From Selaginella moellendorffii (Eukaryota > Plantae > Lycopodiophyta): a stretch of DNA of 64,000 nt. Each line of letters opens with the position of its first letter. The first letter of the stretch is position 1. The notes under the pieces are model-generated. The model saw only the letters and a list, made by a program, of their open reading frames with translations. It ran no database searches and was not told the origin of the DNA. Shown in pieces: positions 50,181-62,419 of the stretch. The stretch is taken from positions 1,426,056-1,490,055 of the forward strand of contig NW_003314288.1 of assembly GCF_000143415.4 (NCBI RefSeq), given 5' to 3'. The position numbers and the translations under genes were made by a program.

Positions 50181-52002
50181 AATTCCAAGATTATTGTATA
50201 GGCGTTGGAGGCAAAAAATAACAGTCTGAGATGGCATGTATTTATTTAAAAATGTAACTTATTATGGCATGGGGTTCCATGCCATTGTATTAATATTAAA
50301 AGACAATTCTTTGAGAGGATTTGCATTATACTAGAAGTGTTACAGCATGTTATTGGAAGTCTACGAAGTTGTTTTATTAATAATGGGAAAGTAAAGATTG
50401 AATGGGGACTTGGGCTCCACCTAGACTCGGAGCAACTGAGCCAATATTAAAAGGATGGAAAGAAATTGGACGACGATGACAAGGAGAAGAGAGAGGTGAA
50501 GCAGTGGCAGCGGGAGGAGAAGTGATTGAGTAGACATTTCCTTGTTTAAAATAAAATGGCATGTGCCTCAATGCAGTTGAATTTTGTTATATTTATATAC
50601 TATATAAAGGTTTGGAAACCTTATTTTACAAGTGGGATAATGACAATTCCCACTTTAACGAAATAGAGCTTATTTGGTATCAAAGGATACATCTCAGCAA
50701 GTACTATCTAATGAGATCAGGCAATTAGTCTTGTTGAATATATAGAGATGAAAACGATGATCCGAGTGGGTGTACGTTTGGGTGTTATAACTTCACACTC
50801 GTTGCTTGGGTTCCTTTTTGTACCATATAATGTGAACTTGCTTTTAAGCTCGTGAGTAAAGCACATTAACAACTCAAAGTTACACTTTGAGCTAGCAAGA
50901 AGGATTTGAGGTGTACCATTTTTGCATGAGTTTGCACTTGGGCTCATAAGTGAGACACATTAGCAACTCAAGATTACACTTTTAGTTAGTCTGATTAATG
51001 TTAACCTATCAGGGGGTTCCATGAGTTATTCCGTATACCTTGGGTTAAAGTAAACCTCCTCTGGGTTTGCTATAAGTGGCAAATAGGCTCATTCGTAGTT
51101 GTTTAGCATGGCACTAGTGGATCCTTCCTAGGCATGATTGTAAAAATTGTAGAGATTAGTTTATTAGTTTAAGTAGTCATTGTCATGCTCTTTTATAATT
51201 TTTTCTTGGATTGGACTAAAGGAAGTGTGAAAGCAAACTTGAGGTTTAGTCAAGATAAGACCAAAAAGAGAGTGATCAGGGATGAAGGATCAAACACGTA
51301 AATTATTTTCTCTTCTTGAAGAGATGATTTGTAACAAGGTATGACTCATTGCTTATGTTTACATCATGCAATCAAGAGTCTCTATCTTGATGCATGTTAG
51401 AAATGATGGTCTTATAAATAGTGAGTTATGGGATGGATAGCAATGAAGTCCTAAACCATTTTGTCTAAGTTTGCTATTGAAGACTTGGGTTATAGTGCTC
51501 AATTCTTTCTTGGGAACCATGCTATTGCTCCTTGAGTAGTTTGGTATTGGATTAGTTTTGAGTTGGGTCAGATAAAGAGTAGCATGAGCTTGTCTCTGTT
51601 GTGAACAAAAGTTAGTAGTGTTGGGTGTTAATCTCTATTAATGGGGTGTGGCATTTATATTGCATTTTATTGAATTGAGTTGATACTTAATATTTACATA
51701 AACTTTTGTAATAGTGACATGGGTGTTGCTTGTGGTGTTGCTCGATTGATGATCAAGTTATTGTGATACTTATATCATATTTATGTAATAATGAGTAATG
51801 TGTTTACAAAGTTGCTTAGTTAAACGATGATCAACCCCAAAGTGGTTGATAGTGAAGCTAGTCTACTTACAAGTAGTAGCATTGAAATAGCTTTAACGAA
51901 GTTCTTAATAGTGATTCATTATGCTAAACTTTGAGTTGGTATCTTGTTTACTAAGGGTTTGCCCATAAGGTGTTAGAAAGGGTTATAACATTCATTTGCT
52001 AT

Positions 52003-52470
52003 ATTTCGGTCCTAAATGCTATTTATGAAAAGTGTTTAGATTTGCTCATTTGGCACATCTATGGAATGTAGAGATTATCCTGAACACAATGGTGTTCGTC
52101 CCATGTTTAAGTTTGCAATCTAAAGACATTCCATATTTAGTAAGTTTCGAGTTTGTCCCATAAACTAACTCCTGGTACTAAAGGAGGCTTGGGGTGAAAG
52201 CCCAAAGCATGTGTTCCTCAAGGGGGGGGGAGGGCTGTGTGGGTTCCAAATGTATAATAGGGATAATGGGTAAGTTAGGCATGGCCGAGCAACCTAAGGC
52301 ATAGTTTAGCTCTTGCTTGTATGCCTGTTTTTGTTCTGCATCCGGCTTGAGTCTAAGCCCAAGCTCCACACCATGTTAGCTGGTAAAGTACCCATATCCT
52401 CATGTTAGGCCACCAGTATGCTAAAATAGCATCAGACTCTATTTGGCTCCGTTTTGCGTATTGGTCCTAG
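52003..52470 (+). mobile_element. Family-A LTR fragment
   Basis: Colinear with 4127-4580 (e.g. GACATTCCATATTTAGTAAGTTTCG, GGCTTGGGGTGAAAGCCCAAAGC). Confidence 0.85.
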
Positions 52471-53821
52471 CATTGGGGGGATGGTCCAATGTTGAGTTGA
52501 GCTCATGAGTTGAGCTCAATTCAACACAAGTCAACTCAAGTCAACATATTCAATAAGAAATATTACAAAGGAGATCTAAATTGAACAAATGAAGGTTCTA
52601 GCAAACTTTAAAATATTAAAATACGTAAATATCTAAGTTAAAAGTTTCTATAAGATTGAATTGTTTAAAAAAGACAAAGTTCATGAGAATCTATCTTTTA
52701 TAAAACTATATTATTTTATTATGACAACTGTTACAGCTGTCATATTTGATTTGACTACTTAATATTTTGAATACTTTTACAGCTGTAGATACTATTCCTT
52801 CATTCGAAAGATTTTTTAGGGTTCTTGAGAAGATGGGAAGCAAGGAAAATACAAGATTTGTGAGTAAGAGTTGTAGTGCAAAGGAATGTGAGAATGTTAA
52901 TTTTGTTTCACTACCACAATCTCTATATTACACTCCTGGTCCTTATTACCCATCTGGGAATGTGGAGACCATTATCACGATTGATAAAAATGCTTCTGTT
53001 ACTTTTGAAACAACAGTCCAGAGCAAGAGAAATGAAGAAATGAACAGCACAGCAGAAAACACCAAGAAATCTACTCCATAAAACTTTCCATGACATTTGT
53101 AATTTACATATTAACTCATATTAAAAACTCTATTGCTTGCCTATATCGCAATCCTCTCATATGATAAGACCAAGGTATATTTTGCAGTGAATCCTCATTA
53201 AAAAATTTTGGGAATTGTTTGTAAATAATGATAAAAGAAATCAAAATCTTTCGAAAGACTCAAAAGTAATATCACATCAAAGAATCAACTTTATCTACAT
53301 TTCCAAGACTAAAAAGCAATCTCACATGAGAGAATGGTAGTGTGCCAACGTGCTCTACCACTATAATGTGGTCTATATTTCCTTGCAATTTATTTCCCTA
53401 GACATTTGGCATGTGTAGAAAAGAATATATGTGTAGCAAAGTAGGATTCATCATAATGATAGAGCATGTGTATACACGATAATCTAAAATTCTAGAAGCT
53501 CTTATGTTTACAAGAAAGCTATGATTATGAAGCCCCATTTCCAAGACTAACATTTAAAGAATCTGAGTATTGTTAGTGTCATAATAAATAAACCTCATTC
53601 CCAAGAATCTTTAATTGGGGTTTAGACCCCTCTTTATATACAAAAATGGATGCAAATCAAGGTATGGCTAAAGTAGGAAGGAATGCAACAAGAGTATTGT
53701 CAGTGTCATAATAAATAAACCTCATTCCCAAGACTAAAACTTAGTATATAAACTATCTAGAAAAGTTATAGTCATTGTAGGTTTTGTGTTCTCCTTGAGC
53801 TCCTTAGAAGTTTATATTGAA

Positions 53822-54367
53822 ATGGCTCAAAGGGGACCCATTGCTAATCGTATTTGGCCCCCCAGCATTTCATATCAATCTCCACCTCCATCCCCAAGTT
53901 CTATCAACATTCCACCTTCACCTCCACATAACAATCCTTTTTCTGCCGAGGGCTCTAGTGAAGTTGAATTAGAGCTCCCTATATGTGAAATTCCGGATCT
54001 TGCTACTAGAAAGGGATTGCCTCCAGCGCTTCAAGAGCAATGCCACATGTTTTTGCAAGATCTTGCTCCTGATATGGCAGGACTACTTGAAAGCATAGAA
54101 CGCTATTACATTCGGTGTCAAATATGCTACTTTTTCTTGGACAAGACAAATGGCTCTATGGGTTTACAAACTTTTCTTGAGCACTGTAAGAATTGCCCAA
54201 TGGCAGGTCTGGAAAATGTGCACGTGTGGATGTACAATAAATTCAAGAATGAGTTACAGACACATACCCACTATCGCTTCATGGTGAGGAACAACATCCC
54301 CTTGGGAAACACTACATTGGCTAGTGCAAAATATGGGGTTTTTAGGCCACCCTATAGTGGAATGTAA
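53822..54367 (+). CDS. Hypothetical 181-aa protein with a Pro/Ser-rich N-terminus and putative zinc finger (CxxC...HCxxC)
   Basis: Open frame in AT-rich surroundings; motif IRCQIC...FLEHCKNC. Confidence 0.45.
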   Translation: MAQRGPIANRIWPPSISYQSPPPSPSSINIPPSPPHNNPFSAEGSSEVELELPICEIPDLATRKGLPPALQEQCHMFLQDLAPDMAGLLESIERYYIRCQICYFFLDKTNGSMGLQTFLEHCKNCPMAGLENVHVWMYNKFKNELQTHTHYRFMVRNNIPLGNTTLASAKYGVFRPPYSGM

Positions 54368-54660
54368 AATTTAGAATTACTTTACTATACTATAGTATTG
54401 TCACTATTAAAAGAAAAAATATAATAAAATGATATTAGTTGTAGGTAACATACCTTGTTCTAGAAGGTGCTATCATATCACATACAATTGTTTACAAAAT
54501 GTTGAAGGAGGAGATGGCAACACACAAGTGCTACAAAGTGATGGTGACAAGCGAGAATGATAATCTATAATTATGGTATCTGACACTGACACTGACATCT
54601 GACAATTTTACTGACATCTGACACTTTCACTGACATCTAACATATAACAAGCTTTCCATT

Positions 54661-57264
54661 TTATTTAAGGATGCAATTAACTTTCTTTTGCCCCATCATC
54701 AACATAATGATTTCTTTTATACTTCCTCCTATATTGGTATTGTGGGGAAGATTCACCTTGCATATGTTGAGCCATGGCTTCTGCATAGTCAGGGAGACTT
54801 CCAAAGCCTCCAATTCTAGAAACTCCAGGTGACTGTGATCTATAAAATAGAATAAAATATATATTGAAATTTTAATAAACATAATTTACCTCCTTGAGGT
54901 TGAAGGCAACTCACGAAATCCTCTAAGCCGACGTTTGAAGAAATGATGTTCTTCAATAGCAAACACCGACCTACCAGAGTCACGTGCTGCCTCCACCATA
55001 GAACCGCTACCTGCTGTGCAATCAATCACAACACCATCTGGTGGGCAATAGAGCTCAAGCAAGACTTACATTGCCGATGGAGTTCGGAATCGGTACCCTA
55101 GAAACGTGTTGCGGATCTGCTCATCCACAAGGTTGGGTATGATGTTAGTGGAACTGTCGTACCCAGGCAAAACTCGTGCTGCACGTTCGCTATCACGAAA
55201 CCCATCATGTGTGTTTCTGCAGAAGGCATGATAGGTCCACATCATAACCTGGAAAATAAAAATGTTTAGAAATTAGATAGAAATATAAAATATAGACTCA
55301 CCTTTTCAGGCTTCCCTTGGACGCCCCTCGTATCAACGCTAATAGGATCCATGATACACCCAGAAGAGAATGACTTGAAATGAACTTCTGCTGCGCATGT
55401 CATAAGCTCATACATCTAGTTGGGGTCGTTCGGTAGGATGAAGACGACATAGCCAGCTTCGAGCATAAGTGCTTCGGACAATAGGAATGCATCACGCAAG
55501 TGGTCAGGTGTGAGAAAGTTCCAATCCTCAACTTTCCCATTGATATCTGAAAGACCATCTGGAAAGTCGAAGAGAATGAAGTCTGCAATTGGGAGCACGG
55601 GCCTTTGTATCTTTCGGCACCAACGGTTGAACTGGCAGCGTATATCCATGTTGATGTCGTCTTCCGTGAAAGATGTCAATAATCTACTGTAAGAGCCAAT
55701 GAAGATACCCACAATGCGTCGTTGTGTTATTGAGGACACAGGACGGACCTATAAAAGAGCTAAGTGAATGAAAAAAGGAATAAATAGTATGATACCGTCA
55801 TATGGCATGTTGTCGATGAGAGTTCCTCCAACTCCTCTTCACGAGCATCTCGTCGAGCTGGAATGAAATTACTACCAACAGTCATTGCTGCAAAAAACAT
55901 GTATTACCACCTTTAGTTTGTAAAATTCACTTTTGCTTACCTCGAGGTCGACGTGATATTCTGTGAACCACTTGATCATTGTTATTTACTGGTAGAACCT
56001 GATCCGGATCTTGGTTGTTTGATGGTTGAATTGGAGCCTATTCCTGACTGTCTGGTGGTGGAACACGAACTTGATCTGGAGCTTCCTCATCCTTGTCTCC
56101 ATCGTCACTTGCATTGCCATCGTTGCTAGCATTGATAATTTCCTCGTGATCTAGTGTAGAGGTCTCCTTCCCTAGGAGCTCCAACTCCCAAGGGCATTCT
56201 ATCTTCTGTGCCTTCGGAACTCTTGCAAACATTGTTGGGTACATTCCTCCATCCTTTACACCCTTTGCAACAAGTCGAGTGCAAACTGGTGCTTCAAATG
56301 GCATGGCTCTATATCGAAGATACCTGTAAACAATATATATTAAAAAATAGTCTTAGAAATCATATTATACCTATAAGTTGCACGTCGCATGAAATAAGGT
56401 TGACCATGTTGGCAATCATAAGTTGTTGTGCTTGTAGACTTCTCTGGCAGCCACCCCTCTTCGATCCCTTCCAATGACATGTTGATGTAGGTGTCGAAAG
56501 ATATGAATGTGCCATCTGGATCGTCACCAATGTGTGGTGCCAAGAACTTCTCATCTTCACTTATAGTTTGCGTGATGTAGACAGCCCTTCTCATCATGTT
56601 CTCAAATAGTTCTGGCAGTCCTTTCTCTCTGTTCATCAAGCAAAAATTGAGGAACTCCAGAGTCTCTATCTGTTGCTTATATGGAAGTTTCGATTTTGCG
56701 ATATTGTAAATCATGTCATCTGGAGTTTTGTTCACTACAAAAGTAACATATGCATAATTAAGAAAAATGAAGTGTGATAAAAAACTTACATTCATGAGAA
56801 GAAATTTCAGCTATAGTCTCTAGCCACTCCTTCAGCCTGCGATTGTCTGCAATGCATACTAGTTTCTTCAACTTTGAGGACTTTGCATGCTGAATTTTGT
56901 GCTCAATTTGTACAAACTCAGCTGAGAGCTCTTCCCGACTCTTCTCCGGATATGCAAGTTCGTAAGCATCCTGCTTGACCTTCACCAAAGGCTGAAAACA
57001 AAAACAATTAAAAGATGCTTTTATAAAATAAAAGGGAAAGACATACCTTACACCACACAGTGAGCATAAAACTGATTGGGTTGTTGAACCAAGTTGTACC
57101 GTCATTTTGAGTGCGTGAGTGCCGAACAAGTGTTGTGAGATCATCACCATAATGTTGGCGGATGTCATCCTCACTCAAATCTGCCAAAAATCGAAGTTGC
57201 TCGATGTCATGGACAAGATTTTGTTTTTGAACAGCGAATTGCCCAAGCCTACATTTAAACACAA
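54661..57264 (-). pseudogene. Spliced beta-class N4C/N6A DNA methyltransferase-like gene, 5'-truncated by transposon copy 2, with two premature stops
   Basis: Exon 55302-55748 encodes IADFILFDFPDG...WN...LMLEAGYVVFILP (motif IV region; TAG at 55416). A phase-0 intron (55249-55301) follows. Exon 54889-55248 encodes FRTPSAM*VLLELYCPPDGVVIDCTAGSGSMVEAARDSGRSVFAIEE (motifs X, I, II; TAA at 55066). Further upstream exons extend to 57264. Confidence 0.8.
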
Positions 57265-57865
57265 AAGCTCTATTTCGTTAAAGTGGGAATTGTCATTATC
57301 CCACTTGTAAAATAAGGTTTCCAAACCTTTATATAGTATATAAATATAACAAAATTCAACTGCATTGAGGCACATGCCATTTTATTTTAAACAAGGAAAT
57401 GTCTACTCAATCACTTCTCCTCCCCCTGCCACTGCTTCACCTCTCTCTTCTCCTTGTCATCGTCGTCCAATTTCTTTCCATCCTTTTAATATTGGCTCAA
57501 TTGCTCCGAGTCTAGGTGGAGCCCAAGTCCCCATTCAATCTTTACTTTCCCCTTATTAATAAAACAACTTCGTAGACTTCCAATAACATGCTGTAACACT
57601 TCTAGTATAATGCAAATCCTCTCAAAGAATTGTCTTTTAATATTAATACAATGGCATGGAACCCCATGCCATAATAAGTTACATTTTTAAATAAATACAT
57701 GCCATCTCAGACTGTTATTTTTTGCCTCCAACGCCTATACAATAATCTTGGAATTTTATCACTCTCCACACTATCAGGATTTAAACCCAATAGTAATGCC
57801 ATCTCTTCTCTAATACGTCCACGCTCATGTTCAGTGGTCAAAGAGCTTTCTCTGGATTCGAAAGC

Positions 57866-59977
57866 TCCACCATTAAGTCAATGATGGAGGTGACTTTGTC
57901 TGCATGAGTGATCTCCTCGTTTGTGAAGTCCATCACACAAAAGATGTTCTTGACCTGCTCATCTCCACGGGAAACGATGCTCCTCCACCTTTGATCCTCA
58001 TCCGAATTCACGTATACCCGGTAAGGTTCTCAATAGGCCTCTGCTGCGGGGTTGAGCTGTTTCTGAAGCCGGTGGTCGACATCCCTCTTAATGAAATTTG
58101 GATACTGATCCAACTTCTCAGCTTTACTTTTCGTGGTATCTCGCAGCAGATCGATGAACTTGGGGGCCCCCTTCACGTACTCGTCGATGTCTTCATTTGA
58201 CAACTCCAGCTCTTCCATCATCTCTTGCATGGTGTCGATGCTCACCCTCTCCACGGCCACTTGCTCGAAGATCCAATCCTTCAATAGTGCACGAGCTCTT
58301 AGAGTCGTGCACAAGTCCTCGTATGTCACAATATGGCCGGGAGTCATTTTGGTCTTGTTGAAGACTACCTCACCACGTAGAAGAGCATTAGCCACTGTCA
58401 GAAGGTCGTCGTCGTCTAGAGACCGCGAGAAATGCAAGGTGTTGAGCTTCAAATCATTGGGCTTCCGGCCATCCTCCACACCCATTGAGTTTAGCAACTC
58501 CCCGTCATGGTACCTCCTCAGCACATCTACCCATTTGTCAAAAACAACTTTTGTCGCGAGTAGAATGTTATGGATGCTAAGTGTATCATTGACCCCCAGT
58601 GTTTTCGAGAGAAGACTTGAGAATTCCTGCAATGGAAATGGCGTGAGGCCACATACTATGCCACATGCAACGAGGCTTACCTGCCAGGTGCTAGTTGCTA
58701 GTGCACATCCTTGTCCTGGTTTTTGTGGCTTCTTTAGTTGAACCCAGAGCTTCCTTGTTCGTGCCAATGTCTTGTGCAGACCCGATTTGTAGCATGTTTC
58801 TTGCTTAACATTTTGCGCGTGGGAGATGTATATGATAGATCGGAGGGGCGAGTTGCCTTTTATCAGGCGGACAACTCTTGTCTTGAAGACTTTCTTCACC
58901 TTCTCGCCCACCATAATATCCACAACTATCTCTTGCATCGCCAAGCTAGAATGCTGCCTGGAGATGGCATAGAACCGGATGTTCTGATCGTCCAACACCT
59001 TCCTATTGATCAAGTCTGGAAACCTCGTCTCGCCCTTCATTGTTCGGTAGTAGGGGATCACGTCTGCGATGTCGGGTGTTACTGGACTTGCCAGCATCTT
59101 CGATTTTTGCTGCCTCTTCTTGCTCTTTCTGCTCTTTGTGGCTCTTCTTTTTGGTGGGTGTAGTGTTCGAGCCCGAGGCAATAGCATCACCGAGTAGCTT
59201 CTTTTTTGGAGCAGGAGATTCGGACATCGACTTGAGCTTGACCACCCTTTTCTGCTTCGGGGTAGTTTCCAGATCGACCCCCTTCCCCTTCGCTTCGCGA
59301 ACTGGAGTCACTCTCAATGGCTCAATGTTGGAATATAGTTTTTGAACATCGCCGTAGGTGAGGTCTGTGGATTCCATGTGATCTTCATTGACCCGCAGCG
59401 TCTTTGAAATTGTGGGCCTCCTGGACAACCTCTCCCTAGCTCCCTCTAGGAATTCCTCATAGCCGCTGCCCCCCTCCGGGAAGCCGCTAGGATGTGCAAG
59501 GTGGATCTTGAAGGCGGACACTGTCTCTACCACAAGTGCCAGTCCATATTCTTGCATGGAACTGCATGGAGTGTCTGTCACTTGGATGAGGATCCCCATG
59601 CATTCTTTTCTCCCACCATCTGTGTTGTACAGCCTCAGATCCTCGCCTTCCATCCCGAAAGTCCAACTGGTGAGCTCCTCCCCCTTCTCTGCATCCACAT
59701 TGACAGTGGCTGGAAGAAGAACGCAATTCCTCGCCTGTTTAGAAATGCACAACAATTAGAGCTGACAGATGAAAAGCTAGCAGCTGGAAATAACGTGAGG
59801 CCACACGCCATTCACCACTGCATCAGATGTCTTGAGGCTGCATCCTAAGATGGCGTGAGGCTACACGCCATCTGTAACCGGACTGCACTCGAGAGCCCAA
59901 TCGGTGCATGCCAATGTTGCTACTGAATGGCATGTGGCCTCATGCCATTTTCTACTTGGCCTAAAAGACTTACCATT
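57866..59977 (-). pseudogene. Deleted and frameshifted copy of the ParB-MTase-HAD cargo gene
   Basis: ORFs 59003-59755 and 58030-59190 match the 809-aa ORF, with a frameshifting deletion at about 59100 and loss of the C-terminal domains. Confidence 0.9.
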
Positions 59978-62419
59978 TGAAGCCGAATGGAGGCGTGACA
60001 ATCAAGGCCGAACTCGCTGGCGAATGTGCACTGTGTGTGCAGCGGATCGTAGCAGCAAGGCTACTCTGCCATTTATAGTTGGAGAGTGGCGCTGAAATCT
60101 CCCGGGACGCCAAGTGGGCTACGTGTGGGTGGCGGAGTGGGCGGCGGAGTTGGCGGCGAAGTTACAAACTGGGTGTGTCTTGAAGTGGACGCTGATGCAC
60201 ACGAGCGCGATGCGAGTGTGATGCAAGCGTGAGTGGATGCCGATGCACACGAGAAACCTGTAGAGAAGGTAGATGAGCGCGAATGTGAGCGTGATCGCGA
60301 GTGGGAGCGCGATGCGAGCGCGAGTACGAAGCAAAATGCAAAACCTAACCTCACACGCGCGAAATGTCACGACGGTTGGTAATCCCGCAACGTCATCATT
60401 CCTCAGACTTGGGCGCCACCATTAATTTCTGGATCGCCGCGCGCATGCATGCACGTGAAATCCAAAAGAAATCCGCAACATCATCATTCCTCGGACTACA
60501 TGCACGTGAAATCCGAAAGAAAGATCATGATTGGGATATCATTTAATACCCTCGCTATATTTATACCATGCATGATTGGATATTCCAAAGCATCTTGTAT
60601 TTCCAAAAATGCCAAATGTTCAGCTAAATAAAGAATGGTATACAATGTCCTTCTTGATGACCCTGCAAAGAAGCATCTCGATCGGACACCACATGAGACC
60701 ACACGAGCCTTACAATGTTTCAGGGGCATTTGCCATAGATCCGACCGTTATTTTGCTCCAAGATTCTACAGTTTGGTGTGCATTGACCTTTCCATCGATA
60801 CTGCAAAGGGACATCACAATCAGATGCGGGATCACAAGAAACCAACTTCACTAACTCTGGTTTCACCAAGATCTACGTAAGGAGTTATGAAATGAAAGGA
60901 CCCTCTCTATTGAAATGTGTTTATGGTCCTAGGGGCATTATGACATATCAAAGGATTTTGCATCAAGTTCTGTATTTGCATGTTTATCAAGCTACTGAAT
61001 TGCTAAACCCCAAACCCTAAACCCTAAATACGTAGCAAATACTGCGTGAAGAAAGATGCCCTTTCTGGGCAAATGCTGTAAGAAGCAGATGCCGAGCAAA
61101 TGTATCTCAGGCTAGCGAAGGGGACAAACGAAAGCTAGCTATAAACATGACGGGATGCAAATAGATTACTAGGCTGGTCCTGCGAAAATCAAAAACCATA
61201 ATTGAAAACATTGAAAATGCAAAAAGAAAGGTTTATAATATTTTTGAATTTTAAGCAACCAAAGGAATGTAAGTAGGGCACGTGTTTGTAAGTTTAAAAA
61301 TGCCTCAACCATTTAAATTCCCAAGTAAATAAAGTTGTTTCTATTTTTGGTACAGGTAAACTTTATAGCGTGTGGGCTCATGCAATTTTGAACCCAAAAA
61401 TGCACCAAAAAATGCTTGACTAGCATTATTCTTTGAATGGCATGTGGCCTTATATTGCCATAAATGGACGTACACACACAGCATAATTATTCCTTTACAC
61501 GGCGAATAATCTTGGCGCGGATCGCTGACATGGCATGGCAAAGTTCGAATCACTGACATGGCACAGCTGGATCGAGGCAAGGACATGATGTGACAAAGTT
61601 CAACGTCCGACAGCAAAGTCTAGAAGCTACTCAGTTTGAAATTTGTCAGAGGAATCATAAGATCTGGTTTGTCAGAGGATTTGATGTGACGTTCAAGCGT
61701 GTGTTATTTTTGAATTCTCGAACTCATTCCTAGGTCTATCATTTTTGTGCGCCATGTTCTTGGTTCCGCTGAGTGCAATGAGCGCTGCTTGTGTAAGTGG
61801 CGTTGTGAGCTGTGGTTTATGCGTCTACAAGCGGTTGCGGCATTGCGAGCGCCATTGCGAGCGGCAGTTTATGCGAGTGGCAATTTGTGCGAGCGGTGCT
61901 ACGAGCAGTTGTGGTGGTGCGAGCGGCGCTACGGTACCACTAATGGTATGAGGGCTCATGCCATCTTGGGGCTTGCAAGTTCATCACTAGCATATTGCCA
62001 ATAGTTTCTTTACCTGCCTGTAGCTGTTTGTTTATCAAGATGGCATGAGGCCTCATGCCATCTTTGGCCCCTGCTAGCCTATTGCCATATTCCTTTTGCC
62101 TTGCTACAACTGTATATATTTTTGTATGGGTGACTAGTCACGCACACAAAAATATATACAGTTGCAGCAAGGCAAAAAGAATATAGCAACAGGCTAGCAG
62201 GGGCTAAAGATAGCGTGAGGCCTCATGCCATTAGTGGTACCACTAATGGCATGAGAGCTCATGCCAATTTTGTGAATGTGAAATTTCATGTGGGTGTCAA
62301 TAGCATGTTTGAATAATGGCATGTGGCCTCATGCTATTGAGGTTGTTTGGTATGTTATGATTTAAGCCATTCTCCAATCATTTTTTGTATGGTCTTAACT
62401 TCTTTTCTGCACTTTCAGA

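Larger units (their letters stand above)
38268..50671. mobile_element. 12.4-kb TIR DNA transposon, Sola1-like, with cargo gene (copy 1)
   Basis: Perfect 24-bp TIRs AAGCTCTATTTCGTTAAAGTGGGA (38268-38291 and 50648-50671). Encodes a DDD-type transposase. A second copy starts at 57265 and a MITE lies at 29420. No TSD is evident here (flanks ATAA/ATTT). Confidence 0.88.

Noticed and set aside
38490-50580. Dispersed palindromes as a CRISPR array
   Set aside because: Spacing is irregular (tens of bp to kb), there are no uniform spacers or cas genes, and the context is eukaryotic and intronic.
50672-52000. TGGTATCA at about 50675 as the PBS of another LTR element
   Set aside because: Only an 8-bp match, no adjacent LTR end, and the downstream DNA is too decayed to assign.
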